Below are positions 54,151 through 62,936 of a DNA stretch of 64,000 nt, one piece after another. The notes under the pieces are model-generated. The model was given only the letters and a program-made list of their open reading frames with translations, had not been told where the DNA came from and ran no database searches. The position numbers were made by a program, and so were the translations under genes. Source of the stretch: Candidatus Curtissbacteria bacterium RIFCSPLOWO2_02_41_11 (GTDB taxonomy: Bacteria > Patescibacteriota > Microgenomatia > Curtissbacterales > GWA2-41-24); the NCBI GenBank assembly GCA_001775055.1, contig MFBU01000014.1:120535-184534 (forward strand), read 5' to 3'. Each line of letters begins with the position of its first letter. The first letter of the stretch is position 1.

Positions 54151-55922
54151 TTGAGATGCCAAAGACATATATCAACCATTGAAGACTTTTCACTGAAACC
54201 TATATATTTCATAAAATTTTTGAAGTAAGGATAAGTTTGCGATAATAATACGGGCTTTTCTAAGCTCTTATAAAATCCCACATTGAGTCTCCATAATTTG
54301 ATTGAAAATTCCAACTCTTCCGTAGGAGGTATCATTGCTCTACTGCGAAGTGAAACATAAGGCAGTAGATAAGGAACTCGGCAAATTTCACCGTCTGGTA
54401 AAGTTACCACTAGCCCAGAATCTTTTGAACCAATAATAAAGTCTCTTAAATCTACTACATCGATCAAATTGAAACTTTTTCCTGGTACGTACTTGCCCGT
54501 CTTTAAATCTTCGTGTAATAGCTTCAAGGTACTTTCTATCTTTATTCTCCGGGGTAATAGCGATAAAACCTTTCCTCCTGTATACCCGGTCGCAACATCA
54601 TCATCCACCAAAACATATGTTCCACTTGGGATATCTGAAATTTGCTTATCAACTAAGGGGTATCCAAGTCTACCAATTACAGCTCTTGGTTCTAGCTGTC
54701 CGTCACAGATATCAAAAAGCCTGGATACATATAATCTGTACCCACCATTTGTACAAACATCCATGTTTATTACTTTTTTAGATTTGTTGAGTACGTTGAT
54801 AAAATTTTGTTGTGATTTTAGATTTACGACAACTATTGAGTCTTTCGAAAAAATGGCTTGCAAATAGTAGACGAAATCATTCAAAAAACCTCTTTTTGCT
54901 TCTAGAACTTTTTGTTCACCATGGGATTTTGATAGTTTTTCAAGGGCCCAAAGGCCATCATTTCTTACAGCGTAAATTTTTTTTAAGGAGTCGTCACTTT
55001 TATAGAAGTTTTGGAAACTTATTTTTTTTCTCAATTCGCTTGAGGAAATACTTGGCTTCGTCCTAGATTGAGATGTAAAAATAATGTTTTTGGGTTTTGC
55101 TATTGGAACTTCGCGTGCAACATCCTCAAGTTTACTTTCGTAGCCCTCTCTTTTTACACAAACGCAACTGCCTTTATCTATAAATGCTCTCGAAAAAACA
55201 GCATTATCACTACCGAAAACATAAACAACTTCAATTTTTAGTCCCAAATGAAATTGAAGATAACCCTCTAGTCTTAATATTGCATCGGTATAAGTTATCG
55301 GCACCTTGTTATATCGCGCTTCCCATGTGTCAATCATCAACCAATCGCTGTCACGGATTGCTTTCTCGCAAAGATCTATTCGCGAAGACGAATCAAGGTT
55401 TAATGAATCTGTGTATTTATTCCATACATATTCATCATGTGATGGTGATATATAACCGCCAACAACGGTTTTATTTAATTTCTCAACCTCTAATTTTGCG
55501 AGTTTCATCATTTCGATATGCCCCGTGTGAACGGGCGAGAATCCACCGGTAGAAAACAAGACAACTGGGTGAAAACGCTTGTCTTTTTTATGCCGCTGCA
55601 AATTATCCGAAATTTTCTGAAAAGGGGTGCATAACCAATTATGGAAATCTAATTTAGTAAGCGATCCTGGTTCAAGTCCATCATCAAAAAATCCCGCTTC
55701 AATTACCGATTTTATGCTTTTATAAGCAAAATAAGTTTTTGAAAGAAATGGGTCTCGTAATATTTTCCACGCAAGCCTGAGATCGTTTATTTCGTACTTA
55801 TTTTCTTTTTTTAACCTTAGATAAGCAAGATCCAATTTAGAAGCAACATCAGTTCTTTTTACCCCAAACAACTTCCAGAGGTCTTCATTATTTTTTATTT
55901 TTAAATACATTAGTTCTCCCAA
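54051..55922 (-). CDS. fusion protein: NMN/NaMN adenylyltransferase-like nucleotidyltransferase domain plus C-terminal type-I phosphoribosyltransferase (PRPP-binding) domain
   Basis: VVLFSTGGFSPVHTGHIEMM (the (H/T)xGH nucleotidyltransferase motif). ISPSHDEYV and WLMIDTWEA parallel eukaryotic/archaeal NMNAT blocks (ISPVGDAYKK, WVEVDTWES). C-terminal YVLVDDDVATGYTGGKV is the PRPP-binding motif of type I PRTases/PRPP synthetase. Confidence 0.5.
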   Translation of the reverse strand: MGELMYLKIKNNEDLWKLFGVKRTDVASKLDLAYLRLKKENKYEINDLRLAWKILRDPFLSKTYFAYKSIKSVIEAGFFDDGLEPGSLTKLDFHNWLCTPFQKISDNLQRHKKDKRFHPVVLFSTGGFSPVHTGHIEMMKLAKLEVEKLNKTVVGGYISPSHDEYVWNKYTDSLNLDSSSRIDLCEKAIRDSDWLMIDTWEARYNKVPITYTDAILRLEGYLQFHLGLKIEVVYVFGSDNAVFSRAFIDKGSCVCVKREGYESKLEDVAREVPIAKPKNIIFTSQSRTKPSISSSELRKKISFQNFYKSDDSLKKIYAVRNDGLWALEKLSKSHGEQKVLEAKRGFLNDFVYYLQAIFSKDSIVVVNLKSQQNFINVLNKSKKVINMDVCTNGGYRLYVSRLFDICDGQLEPRAVIGRLGYPLVDKQISDIPSGTYVLVDDDVATGYTGGKVLSLLPRRIKIESTLKLLHEDLKTGKYVPGKSFNLIDVVDLRDFIIGSKDSGLVVTLPDGEICRVPYLLPYVSLRSRAMIPPTEELEFSIKLWRLNVGFYKSLEKPVLLSQTYPYFKNFMKYIGFSEKSSMVDICLWHLNQLSINIPSKKSLTLSKRETRPMSFSTESTYAL

Positions 55923-56872
55923 CCCCCTGGAACAAACCTCTTGTAGATATCGAAATGGACAGAAGGCGATTTGCCCAAATATTTATGCCTGTTGTATTGA
56001 TGTATTTTTTCTAAACGCTTAGATAACTTTTCAAATTGTTTCTTCGACTTTGCGTTTAGTTTTTTAGAAAATTCTATCTTTTCTTTTCGAGTAAATGTTA
56101 GGTACGTGATATATAATTCCACAAACTCATATGTTGTTCCAAATACTTCTTCATCTGTTCTTCCATCAAACATATCACCACTTGGTTTTATATTGATAAT
56201 TTCCTCAGGAATATTTAAGATTTTTGCAACTCGACACACCTCACTTTTATGAATATCTGAAATAATTTGTAAGTCTACCATCCCATCTGAGGCTTTGCCA
56301 AAATACCCTAGATAAGCTCCTTCATCACGATTTGTAGTTCCACAGACTACTGCAGGAGAATTTGCCTGATTTAAAAGGCTAGTAATATAATAGAGAGTCG
56401 GCGTTTTTATATAAGCCGCTAACTGCCCGGCTGCCCAGTTTTTGCCTTTGAGATTAATTGACTTATCTATTGTGTTTTTAAGAACTGTGTGGCTCTTTGT
56501 TAAATCAACAACAATCTTTTTTGAATTGAAATACTTCGCAATCTCCTCTCCTCTTTTTGAAGCACCTTTTTGATTGGTTGCCGCTAATGGAGAAAAAACA
56601 GGCATCAAGATTGCATAAATATTTTTAATAGGTGAATTTTTGTGACGCGAGGCATTATGAACTATTCCCAAAACTACGGCAGAGTCAACGCCTCCGCTTA
56701 CAGCAACAACACAAGACTTTAGTTTAAAATCACTCATGTATCGATTCAGCAACATCGATTTATTTTTAATATAAAGCTGTGGATTAAAATCTCTTTTTGC
56801 ACGAATAATAGTAAGGACATCAAGTAATCCTTGCTCCAAAGTTTTTCCTGTTTGGGGATTATTAATTCTCAT
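55910..56872 (-). CDS. nadE: NH3-dependent NAD+ synthetase-like PP-loop amidotransferase
   Basis: SCVVAVSGGVDSAVV (SGGxDS PP-loop). GTTNRDEGAYLGYFGKASDGMVDLQIISD parallels NadE GTDHAAE.ITGFFTKYGDGGTDINPL. C-terminal TTYEFVELY parallels VTYDNIDDY. Confidence 0.65.
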   Translation of the reverse strand: MRINNPQTGKTLEQGLLDVLTIIRAKRDFNPQLYIKNKSMLLNRYMSDFKLKSCVVAVSGGVDSAVVLGIVHNASRHKNSPIKNIYAILMPVFSPLAATNQKGASKRGEEIAKYFNSKKIVVDLTKSHTVLKNTIDKSINLKGKNWAAGQLAAYIKTPTLYYITSLLNQANSPAVVCGTTNRDEGAYLGYFGKASDGMVDLQIISDIHKSEVCRVAKILNIPEEIINIKPSGDMFDGRTDEEVFGTTYEFVELYITYLTFTRKEKIEFSKKLNAKSKKQFEKLSKRLEKIHQYNRHKYLGKSPSVHFDIYKRFVPGGWEN

Positions 56873-56916
56873 TTTTGTAAATTGTAGAATGAATCTAAAA
56901 ATTTACCAAGAGAGTA

Positions 56917-57855
56917 TTATCCTGAGGTTCTGACATATCCATACCCTCCACCCTCTGAAGACCTACGAGGCGGACGAGGGGTAGGCGGATTATAAGCAGG
57001 AGATGAGGATGCAGAACTTGACGATCTTCTACTTCGACTAGGGCTGGTCACCTCTTCCTCCTCTGCTACTTCTTCTTTTTGCAGTGCCGCGATCAGGTCT
57101 ATAGCACCCTTATGAACTTCAACAATTGATACCAAAGACTCTGTACCGTCCCTGGCACTTTTCAGTGGAATTGTGATCGAGTTATTAACTGGGTCTTTAT
57201 CGATATTTGCAAAATCTGGTTGAAATTTGCTATCTTCCAGTTGTTTGGGCACATTAATTTTATCTATCCCTTTTTTAGACCCAACTACTATTTTATACTG
57301 ATTCTTTTTGCCACGTGTGAACACAAACACAATGTCTTCTTCCGGATCAAGTTCCTTTCCATTTTTATCTTCAAAAGAAAACGGTATTCTGGCAATTTGC
57401 GGTTTTAAACCCTCTCGTATCAAATTTCTTTCTGCAATTCCATTTGTAAGTAAATCAACGTTAATCGAATGAAGTTCGAAAGGGTTTTGGGATTTACTTT
57501 CGAAAGCTTGTCGGAGTTTTTCGCGAAGTTCTATAAGTTCTTCATCGTTGGTTAATTCTAGCGCAGATGTAATTCTAAAAAAAAATGCTTCATCTCCATT
57601 CTCAATAGAGTCGGCAAGTGCCTTTTTTACTTTTTCTCTTTCTTCTCCCAAGCGTCTCTCGTTAATCCGAATCTGGCCATCAACAATCATAATTGGTGTG
57701 TCGGATTCTAGCTCTACTATTTCTGTATAAATTAAACCAGTTAAGAATCTTGGCCCCATCGAAGCCAACGGAATTCCCTCAGTAGGTTGGTCAGTTCCAA
57801 GGGGACTATCTGTTACTTGATCTGGGTGTTCTGATTGTTCAGATGGTCTTGGCAC
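56917..57855 (-). CDS. hypothetical protein with Ser/Arg/Pro-rich low-complexity C-terminus
   Basis: 312 aa. C-terminal SPSRSRRSSSSASSSPAYNPPTPRPPRRSSEGGGYGY. No motif recognised. Confidence 0.35.
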   Translation of the reverse strand: MPRPSEQSEHPDQVTDSPLGTDQPTEGIPLASMGPRFLTGLIYTEIVELESDTPIMIVDGQIRINERRLGEEREKVKKALADSIENGDEAFFFRITSALELTNDEELIELREKLRQAFESKSQNPFELHSINVDLLTNGIAERNLIREGLKPQIARIPFSFEDKNGKELDPEEDIVFVFTRGKKNQYKIVVGSKKGIDKINVPKQLEDSKFQPDFANIDKDPVNNSITIPLKSARDGTESLVSIVEVHKGAIDLIAALQKEEVAEEEEVTSPSRSRRSSSSASSSPAYNPPTPRPPRRSSEGGGYGYVRTSG

Positions 57856-57895
57856 AGTTAGTATTTTATCATGAGATTATTATATGCTCTAAAGC

Positions 57896-59362
57896 TTAAC
57901 TTATCTGCCAGTCGTGTTGCCATTGTTCAACTTGGACGCCCTTCTTTGCAGCTCTTCCAACCCACTCTGGAGGTCTTGGATTGTTTTTTGACTCGCCTAG
58001 TACATCTTCTACTCCGGACGCTTTGATTAAATCCAAAACTATTTCTTGATCTTCTCTATACATTCCTGCCAAATATTCTTGATAAACTGCCTCCATGAAT
58101 AAATCGTGCCAGTTATCGTTGGTTTTAACCTGCCCACTTCTGAATAACTCGTCAACATCTATAAGGGTCGTTTGGGCAGCTTTTATGCTATCAAGAATCC
58201 TTAATAAATTACGTCGAGTGTAAACGTAAGAACCTCCTTTGATGTCCTTTTCTGATCCAATTTTGCCAAGAGACGCTAAGTTTGAAAGATCACCTTGAAA
58301 AGCGGCTAACCATTTAATAACGGCATCCACGTTTGGTATGTTTTCAAGATCTCTGTACTCTGTTCTTACGTCTTTTTCTCCCTTATAACGCCTGTTCTGC
58401 CAAACTATATCGGGTTGTTCACCTTTGATTAAAAATCTCAAAAACTCTTCATATTCCTTAGTGGTTAATCCTTCAACTATTCTATCTTGCAGTCTGTTTC
58501 TCCTTGCCTCGGATTCTTCAAACCTGCCTCCACCGATGCCAAAAGGATTTTGAGCTGCTACATACCAATACCTGCTATCAAGACCAATAACCCCAGGTAC
58601 AATTCCACCATTGTCAATTATTGATTGCTCCTCAGGCGTTAAAGGTCTTATAATTTCTCCTTCATGTTCGACAATTCTTAATTGAGCCATTCTTTCAATT
58701 GCTGAGTTTTCCCGCTCAATAACATTACCCGGTGCTAAATTTGGTTCGTCAGCTCCATAAACGCTGCCATACATCATAGATCCTGCGAGTGTTCCATTTT
58801 GCCAGCGCCATTGGATAGTATCATCGAGACCATCAATCCCAAGAGCAGCGGCAATTTTTTTACTTTCAAGGAGCGTCAGAGGTCTTGATTGTTTCTCTGC
58901 AGACTCGACAATTTCTTTGAGGCTCTCAGGTAAGTCTGGATCAGCTAGGAGTTCTTTAAAACGAACTGCAAGTTTGGCATCAGCGGGTACAAATCTTCCA
59001 ATTGTGTCACCAGGATCGGAATCCTTAGAATAATTATGTCTCAGATAACTCCTGTTAGTAAGCGCACAAATCACCTCAGCTGCATATGATTTCGAAACAC
59101 CTGTAGGGCCTTCGTTTCTAGATGCAATCCCTCCTTTGAGCCGAACTGCCATATCTCTTATCAAAAGAACAGTTGGTGTATCCCAACAGGTAGAGGCTTT
59201 TAATAGCTCGATTTTCGGGATGAAACGTCTAGCATTAACATCTTCAGGCAATGGTAACCTGTCTAAAACAACATCCAGAACCCTTACTTGGTTTTCTTTA
59301 GGATATTCCTGAATGACTGGGACTTCCCCTAATTTTCGTTCAATGTCTCCCTTTTCTGTCAT
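57896..59362 (-). CDS. AAA+ ATPase, MoxR/dynein-related (AAA_5-like) clade
   Basis: Walker A GPTGVSKS. Walker B-like VYGADEPNLAP. Start is placed at Met 59362 (MTEKGD...), 1 nt after the upstream stop. The tracked ORF extends further in a non-coding frame. Confidence 0.55.
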   Translation of the reverse strand: MTEKGDIERKLGEVPVIQEYPKENQVRVLDVVLDRLPLPEDVNARRFIPKIELLKASTCWDTPTVLLIRDMAVRLKGGIASRNEGPTGVSKSYAAEVICALTNRSYLRHNYSKDSDPGDTIGRFVPADAKLAVRFKELLADPDLPESLKEIVESAEKQSRPLTLLESKKIAAALGIDGLDDTIQWRWQNGTLAGSMMYGSVYGADEPNLAPGNVIERENSAIERMAQLRIVEHEGEIIRPLTPEEQSIIDNGGIVPGVIGLDSRYWYVAAQNPFGIGGGRFEESEARRNRLQDRIVEGLTTKEYEEFLRFLIKGEQPDIVWQNRRYKGEKDVRTEYRDLENIPNVDAVIKWLAAFQGDLSNLASLGKIGSEKDIKGGSYVYTRRNLLRILDSIKAAQTTLIDVDELFRSGQVKTNDNWHDLFMEAVYQEYLAGMYREDQEIVLDLIKASGVEDVLGESKNNPRPPEWVGRAAKKGVQVEQWQHDWQIS

Positions 59363-59363
59363 T

Positions 59364-59822
59364 TCAACTAACCTTTCGTAAGTCCAACAGGTGGTCTGTG
59401 ATCTCCCGCATTTTATCTTCTGTATTTTGCTCTGACTCGTTTGTGACGAGGAAGATTTTTGCTTGACTCGGGATTGTAGTGTTTCGCAGGTCAAATGACC
59501 CCTGATGAATATCAAACTTGTTTGATTCCCGCAGTTTTATCAGTTGATCGTAAATAACTGGATCAAAATTTACAGAATTTGCGAAAACAACTATTACTTT
59601 TCCTTTTGAAAGATCCTCGGCAAGGCTTTGGAGAAATCCGAATACATCATTTTTTTCTTCATGAGTAACTTCCGCATAATCTACGTTCAAAAGACTAAAA
59701 AGGTCCCTGATCTGGTTTCTAACATTTGTAGGCGAAATAATTCCCTCTATTGTGTTATACGAGGAGCTGTGAGGGTGTAAATGGAAACTTAGAAATCTAG
59801 CAAGCTGTTTTTGTGCGTTCAT
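59364..59822 (-). CDS. hypothetical protein (possible N-terminal partner of the AAA+ ATPase)
   Basis: 152 aa. Stop TGA then A then ATG of the AAA+ gene (TGAaATG), i.e. two separate adjacent genes rather than a frameshift. Confidence 0.35.
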   Translation of the reverse strand: MNAQKQLARFLSFHLHPHSSSYNTIEGIISPTNVRNQIRDLFSLLNVDYAEVTHEEKNDVFGFLQSLAEDLSKGKVIVVFANSVNFDPVIYDQLIKLRESNKFDIHQGSFDLRNTTIPSQAKIFLVTNESEQNTEDKMREITDHLLDLRKVS

Positions 59823-59823
59823 A

Positions 59824-62148
59824 TTAACGATAGAAAAACTCTGGATGCTTTACCATATACTCCATGATTATAGCAAAAGCCCTGCCGAATTCTTCGGCGT
59901 CTGTGTATGAGTTTCCAACCTCATCAAAATTAGCACCAAGAGCTCTCGCAATATCTCTTTTTACTCTTTCATGGAGTTCAGGATAAGAATCATTAACGAA
60001 ATCGGTTCCTGGACCGATACCAAAGCCTGCTGTTACTACGCTTCTGTCAGACCTTACTTCACGAAGCAAATCGAGTACTTCTTCCTGCGATGTGCTGGTT
60101 GGCTCACCATCTGTTAAGGTAATAAAATAATTGTTGTCCAGTGGTAGACTGGACATTCTTCTTTTTAAATATCTGTAACTTGCTTGTGTAGCCTCATATG
60201 TAGGTGTACCACTTCCTCCACAATCGGATAGCATTTTTCCAAGTACATCTCTATCTTGATTTGTTAGTTTCTTTTTTCCAAAATCCTTATACAATCTGAC
60301 TTTTCCTTTGAAACTGTCTCTAAAACCTATAATTGCAAATTCAAGACCGAATCTATTCATTACTTCAGAAAAGGCTGCGACCATCTTAAACGTTTCAAAA
60401 ATTTTACCTTCCATTGATGGACTAAGATCAACTAAAAGTAGAAATCTATAGCTTTTTTCGGTGGGTCTACCTTTCGCTTCAAAAGCATTATATTTTCTGG
60501 GATCTGCCTCCATTTGCATTGCTTTTCTCATTGATGGCCTCAAACCGGTTGAGGAATAGCGAATACTCGGTTCTTCCGTCGGTTCAAAAAGTGTTTTAAA
60601 TTCTTTTTCTAGTCTTCTTCTGACAGCATCTACATCAGGCATAGATAGGACAGATTGGTAGGGATCCTCTTGAATTGTTTCGAGTGCTTCTTTTCGCCTT
60701 TTTTCCATATCTCTTGCAACTCTTTCTGCCTCCTTTTGTTGCTCCTCTTTTGCTTGACTAGTTTTTTCTCCTACTCGCCTTTCTTTGTGAGATTCTTGGT
60801 GTCGAGGATCATTTATATGCCCTTTTAGCTTTTCGTTTGCTTCGTCTTCTACATCCTCCAGATCTTCTCTTGCTCTCTGCTCGAGACTGTCTTTCGACTC
60901 ACTCGAAAGATTATCGTAAGCATCTTCTATAGCTTTCTTTGTTTTGTCAGAAAAGTCGTCCCAAGGAATTCTCATGTCAGATCCATTCTCACTTCGACCA
61001 TCCTCTTCTCTGCCTTGAGCACTCGATCCTTGTGTTCCCTCAGCAGGTTCAGCACTTTCTTCTTGCACATTCATACCTTGTTCACTACCAGAAGAATCTC
61101 CTGACTGTTCTCCTTGCGTTTGTTGCGTTTGACCATTAGCCCCAGATTGACCGTCTTCTCCTGTCTGTTTTTCTTGATCTTTCTCTGCTCTTTCTTGCCC
61201 TTGAGGTTCACCAGACTGCTTGGGACCTTTTTGGCCTTGTTGTCGATTAGCCTCTTTTACTTTTTCTCTAATTTCGTCTTGTACATCTTTAGGTAGCGCA
61301 TCAAACGGTATAACCATAATTTGTCCTCCTCCATGCTGGCCCTGGCCACCACCTTGCTGATCTTGAGAGAGCATGTCTTTTATCATATTGACCATATTCT
61401 GGTCTTTTAAGGATTCCTCTACTAATTGTTTATATTTGGGCCAGATCTTTTCTATGAAGACTTCAGTGCTTGCGATAGCTTCTCTCTGAACATCAAATTC
61501 ATCCTTAGTTGTGGGGGTTATTCGGTAAAACTCATCAAATGCGTCGATCGTTTCCCTAATTGTTCTTCTGACATCCTCATCTGGGATTTCTTCCAAAAAA
61601 TGTTCTTTGTCTTCTTCAGTCTTGAGCCCATCTGTAAACTCTCTTTTGTACCAATGATGTATTATTTCTCCTCCCCATTGCATGAATTTAGGTACGTACC
61701 CTAATGAATTCCGGGCGTCTGCTAGCATGCCTTTGTAGTCTAAGCCTCCTCCAGGACTCAGGTCGCGTTCTATATACGCTCTGATCCAGTCTCTGGAGCC
61801 AGGCCTCATACTCATACCGGCTTGGTTTGCTCTGGGATCCTCACAAGCGTTGAAACCAAAGGAAAAACCTGGTTCTTGCCATAAATCAGTAACGTGTTCC
61901 GCTCTTGATACGAGTCTATGATTACCTTCATGAGCAGCAATACCTTTGACAACATCCTCGGGTTCTGTCGCCAAGTCCTTAGCATCCATATTTACGTGAT
62001 TCTTAACAAAATCCCAATGCCAACCACTTCCCCATGGACCAACACCAACTGTCATGCCATAATCTCCACCCATAAAAAGTGCAATTACATCTGCCTTTCT
62101 TCTTATAGTTTCGTCTATCTGGGGTTGTCTTTCGGTTTGATCATTCAT
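59824..62148 (-). CDS. large VWA-domain protein with N-terminal HExxH (putative zincin-like) region and acidic/Gln-Gly-rich linker (CbbO/NorD/DUF2201-like MoxR partner)
   Basis: C-terminal MIDAS LLLVDLSPSMEG ... T ... D (von Willebrand A). N-terminal AAHEGNHRL (HExxH). Central (Q/G/E)-rich low-complexity segment. 774 aa. Confidence 0.6.
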   Translation of the reverse strand: MNDQTERQPQIDETIRRKADVIALFMGGDYGMTVGVGPWGSGWHWDFVKNHVNMDAKDLATEPEDVVKGIAAHEGNHRLVSRAEHVTDLWQEPGFSFGFNACEDPRANQAGMSMRPGSRDWIRAYIERDLSPGGGLDYKGMLADARNSLGYVPKFMQWGGEIIHHWYKREFTDGLKTEEDKEHFLEEIPDEDVRRTIRETIDAFDEFYRITPTTKDEFDVQREAIASTEVFIEKIWPKYKQLVEESLKDQNMVNMIKDMLSQDQQGGGQGQHGGGQIMVIPFDALPKDVQDEIREKVKEANRQQGQKGPKQSGEPQGQERAEKDQEKQTGEDGQSGANGQTQQTQGEQSGDSSGSEQGMNVQEESAEPAEGTQGSSAQGREEDGRSENGSDMRIPWDDFSDKTKKAIEDAYDNLSSESKDSLEQRAREDLEDVEDEANEKLKGHINDPRHQESHKERRVGEKTSQAKEEQQKEAERVARDMEKRRKEALETIQEDPYQSVLSMPDVDAVRRRLEKEFKTLFEPTEEPSIRYSSTGLRPSMRKAMQMEADPRKYNAFEAKGRPTEKSYRFLLLVDLSPSMEGKIFETFKMVAAFSEVMNRFGLEFAIIGFRDSFKGKVRLYKDFGKKKLTNQDRDVLGKMLSDCGGSGTPTYEATQASYRYLKRRMSSLPLDNNYFITLTDGEPTSTSQEEVLDLLREVRSDRSVVTAGFGIGPGTDFVNDSYPELHERVKRDIARALGANFDEVGNSYTDAEEFGRAFAIIMEYMVKHPEFFYR

Positions 62149-62936
62149 TGGTATTTATTACATATATTAAATGGCTTGTTGTAAGAGAGCATATTTTCGA
62201 TGATAATATCGCTGGCTTCTCTTAGATTTTTATTTTTAATTAACCCTGAAAAAATATTGATCCCTGGTGAAATAAAGAGATTACTAACTGCGTAGGTTGG
62301 TCTATGTTTTCGAACATCTTCAGTGACTAATTCTAAGCAAATATATCCGAGCCTGGGAAAGCTGTTCATCACTTTTTTAGCAGTTTCAATAATTTGCGGG
62401 CTTATGCTGTCAGTTATATTTTCATAATCGTAATTACCTTCGATCAAAACCATCTTTCCATTTTTTACTATTCTCTTAAGGTCGACTCTTTTTGAATAAA
62501 TTTTTAGAGGTATTTGCAATGGATCATTCGAATTTATTCTTTTAATGTTCTCTTGTTTTATTAGATCGTTTAATTTTGTAACACCATCTACCTTTAAATA
62601 AACTTTCTTCTCTAAAAGAGCGTTGTAAAAATGGTTATTTGTGATAAAAACTCGTATTTTATCGTGATTACTGTAACTGTTTACCACCACCTTTATTTTA
62701 GAACCTTTTAATATTTCAGTCCAAAAGTGTCTACGTGATAGTACGATTCCCCACATATAAGGTATTGAAGGTGTGAAATCTCCGTAAAATTCATAGCTGT
62801 TGCCCTTAAAGTTTATTGAATATATTGCTGTTCCTTTAAGTCTTGTGAATGTGGCGCCCTTATTTAATAACTCTTTTGCGATCTTTTTCGACGCAGTAGG
62901 AAGGTCAAAATCAACAATTCCTTGTTTTGTTTTCAT
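62145..62936 (-). CDS. hypothetical protein, possibly degenerate ATP-grasp-like
   Basis: 263 aa, translationally coupled (ATGA) on both sides. Weak VYLKVDG / GYICLEL / LFISPG resemblance to ATP-grasp elements. Confidence 0.3.
   Translation of the reverse strand: MKTKQGIVDFDLPTASKKIAKELLNKGATFTRLKGTAIYSINFKGNSYEFYGDFTPSIPYMWGIVLSRRHFWTEILKGSKIKVVVNSYSNHDKIRVFITNNHFYNALLEKKVYLKVDGVTKLNDLIKQENIKRINSNDPLQIPLKIYSKRVDLKRIVKNGKMVLIEGNYDYENITDSISPQIIETAKKVMNSFPRLGYICLELVTEDVRKHRPTYAVSNLFISPGINIFSGLIKNKNLREASDIIIENMLSYNKPFNICNKYQ

Noticed and set aside
59360-59515. Apparent 152-nt overlap between ORFs 57896..59515 and 59364..59822, suggesting a frameshifted single AAA+ gene.
   Set aside because: The upstream ORF ends with TGA, followed by one nucleotide and an ATG (TGAaATG) that begins a sensible N-terminus (MTEKGD...). 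The extended part of the downstream ORF is low-complexity read-through, so two adjacent genes are more likely than a frameshift.
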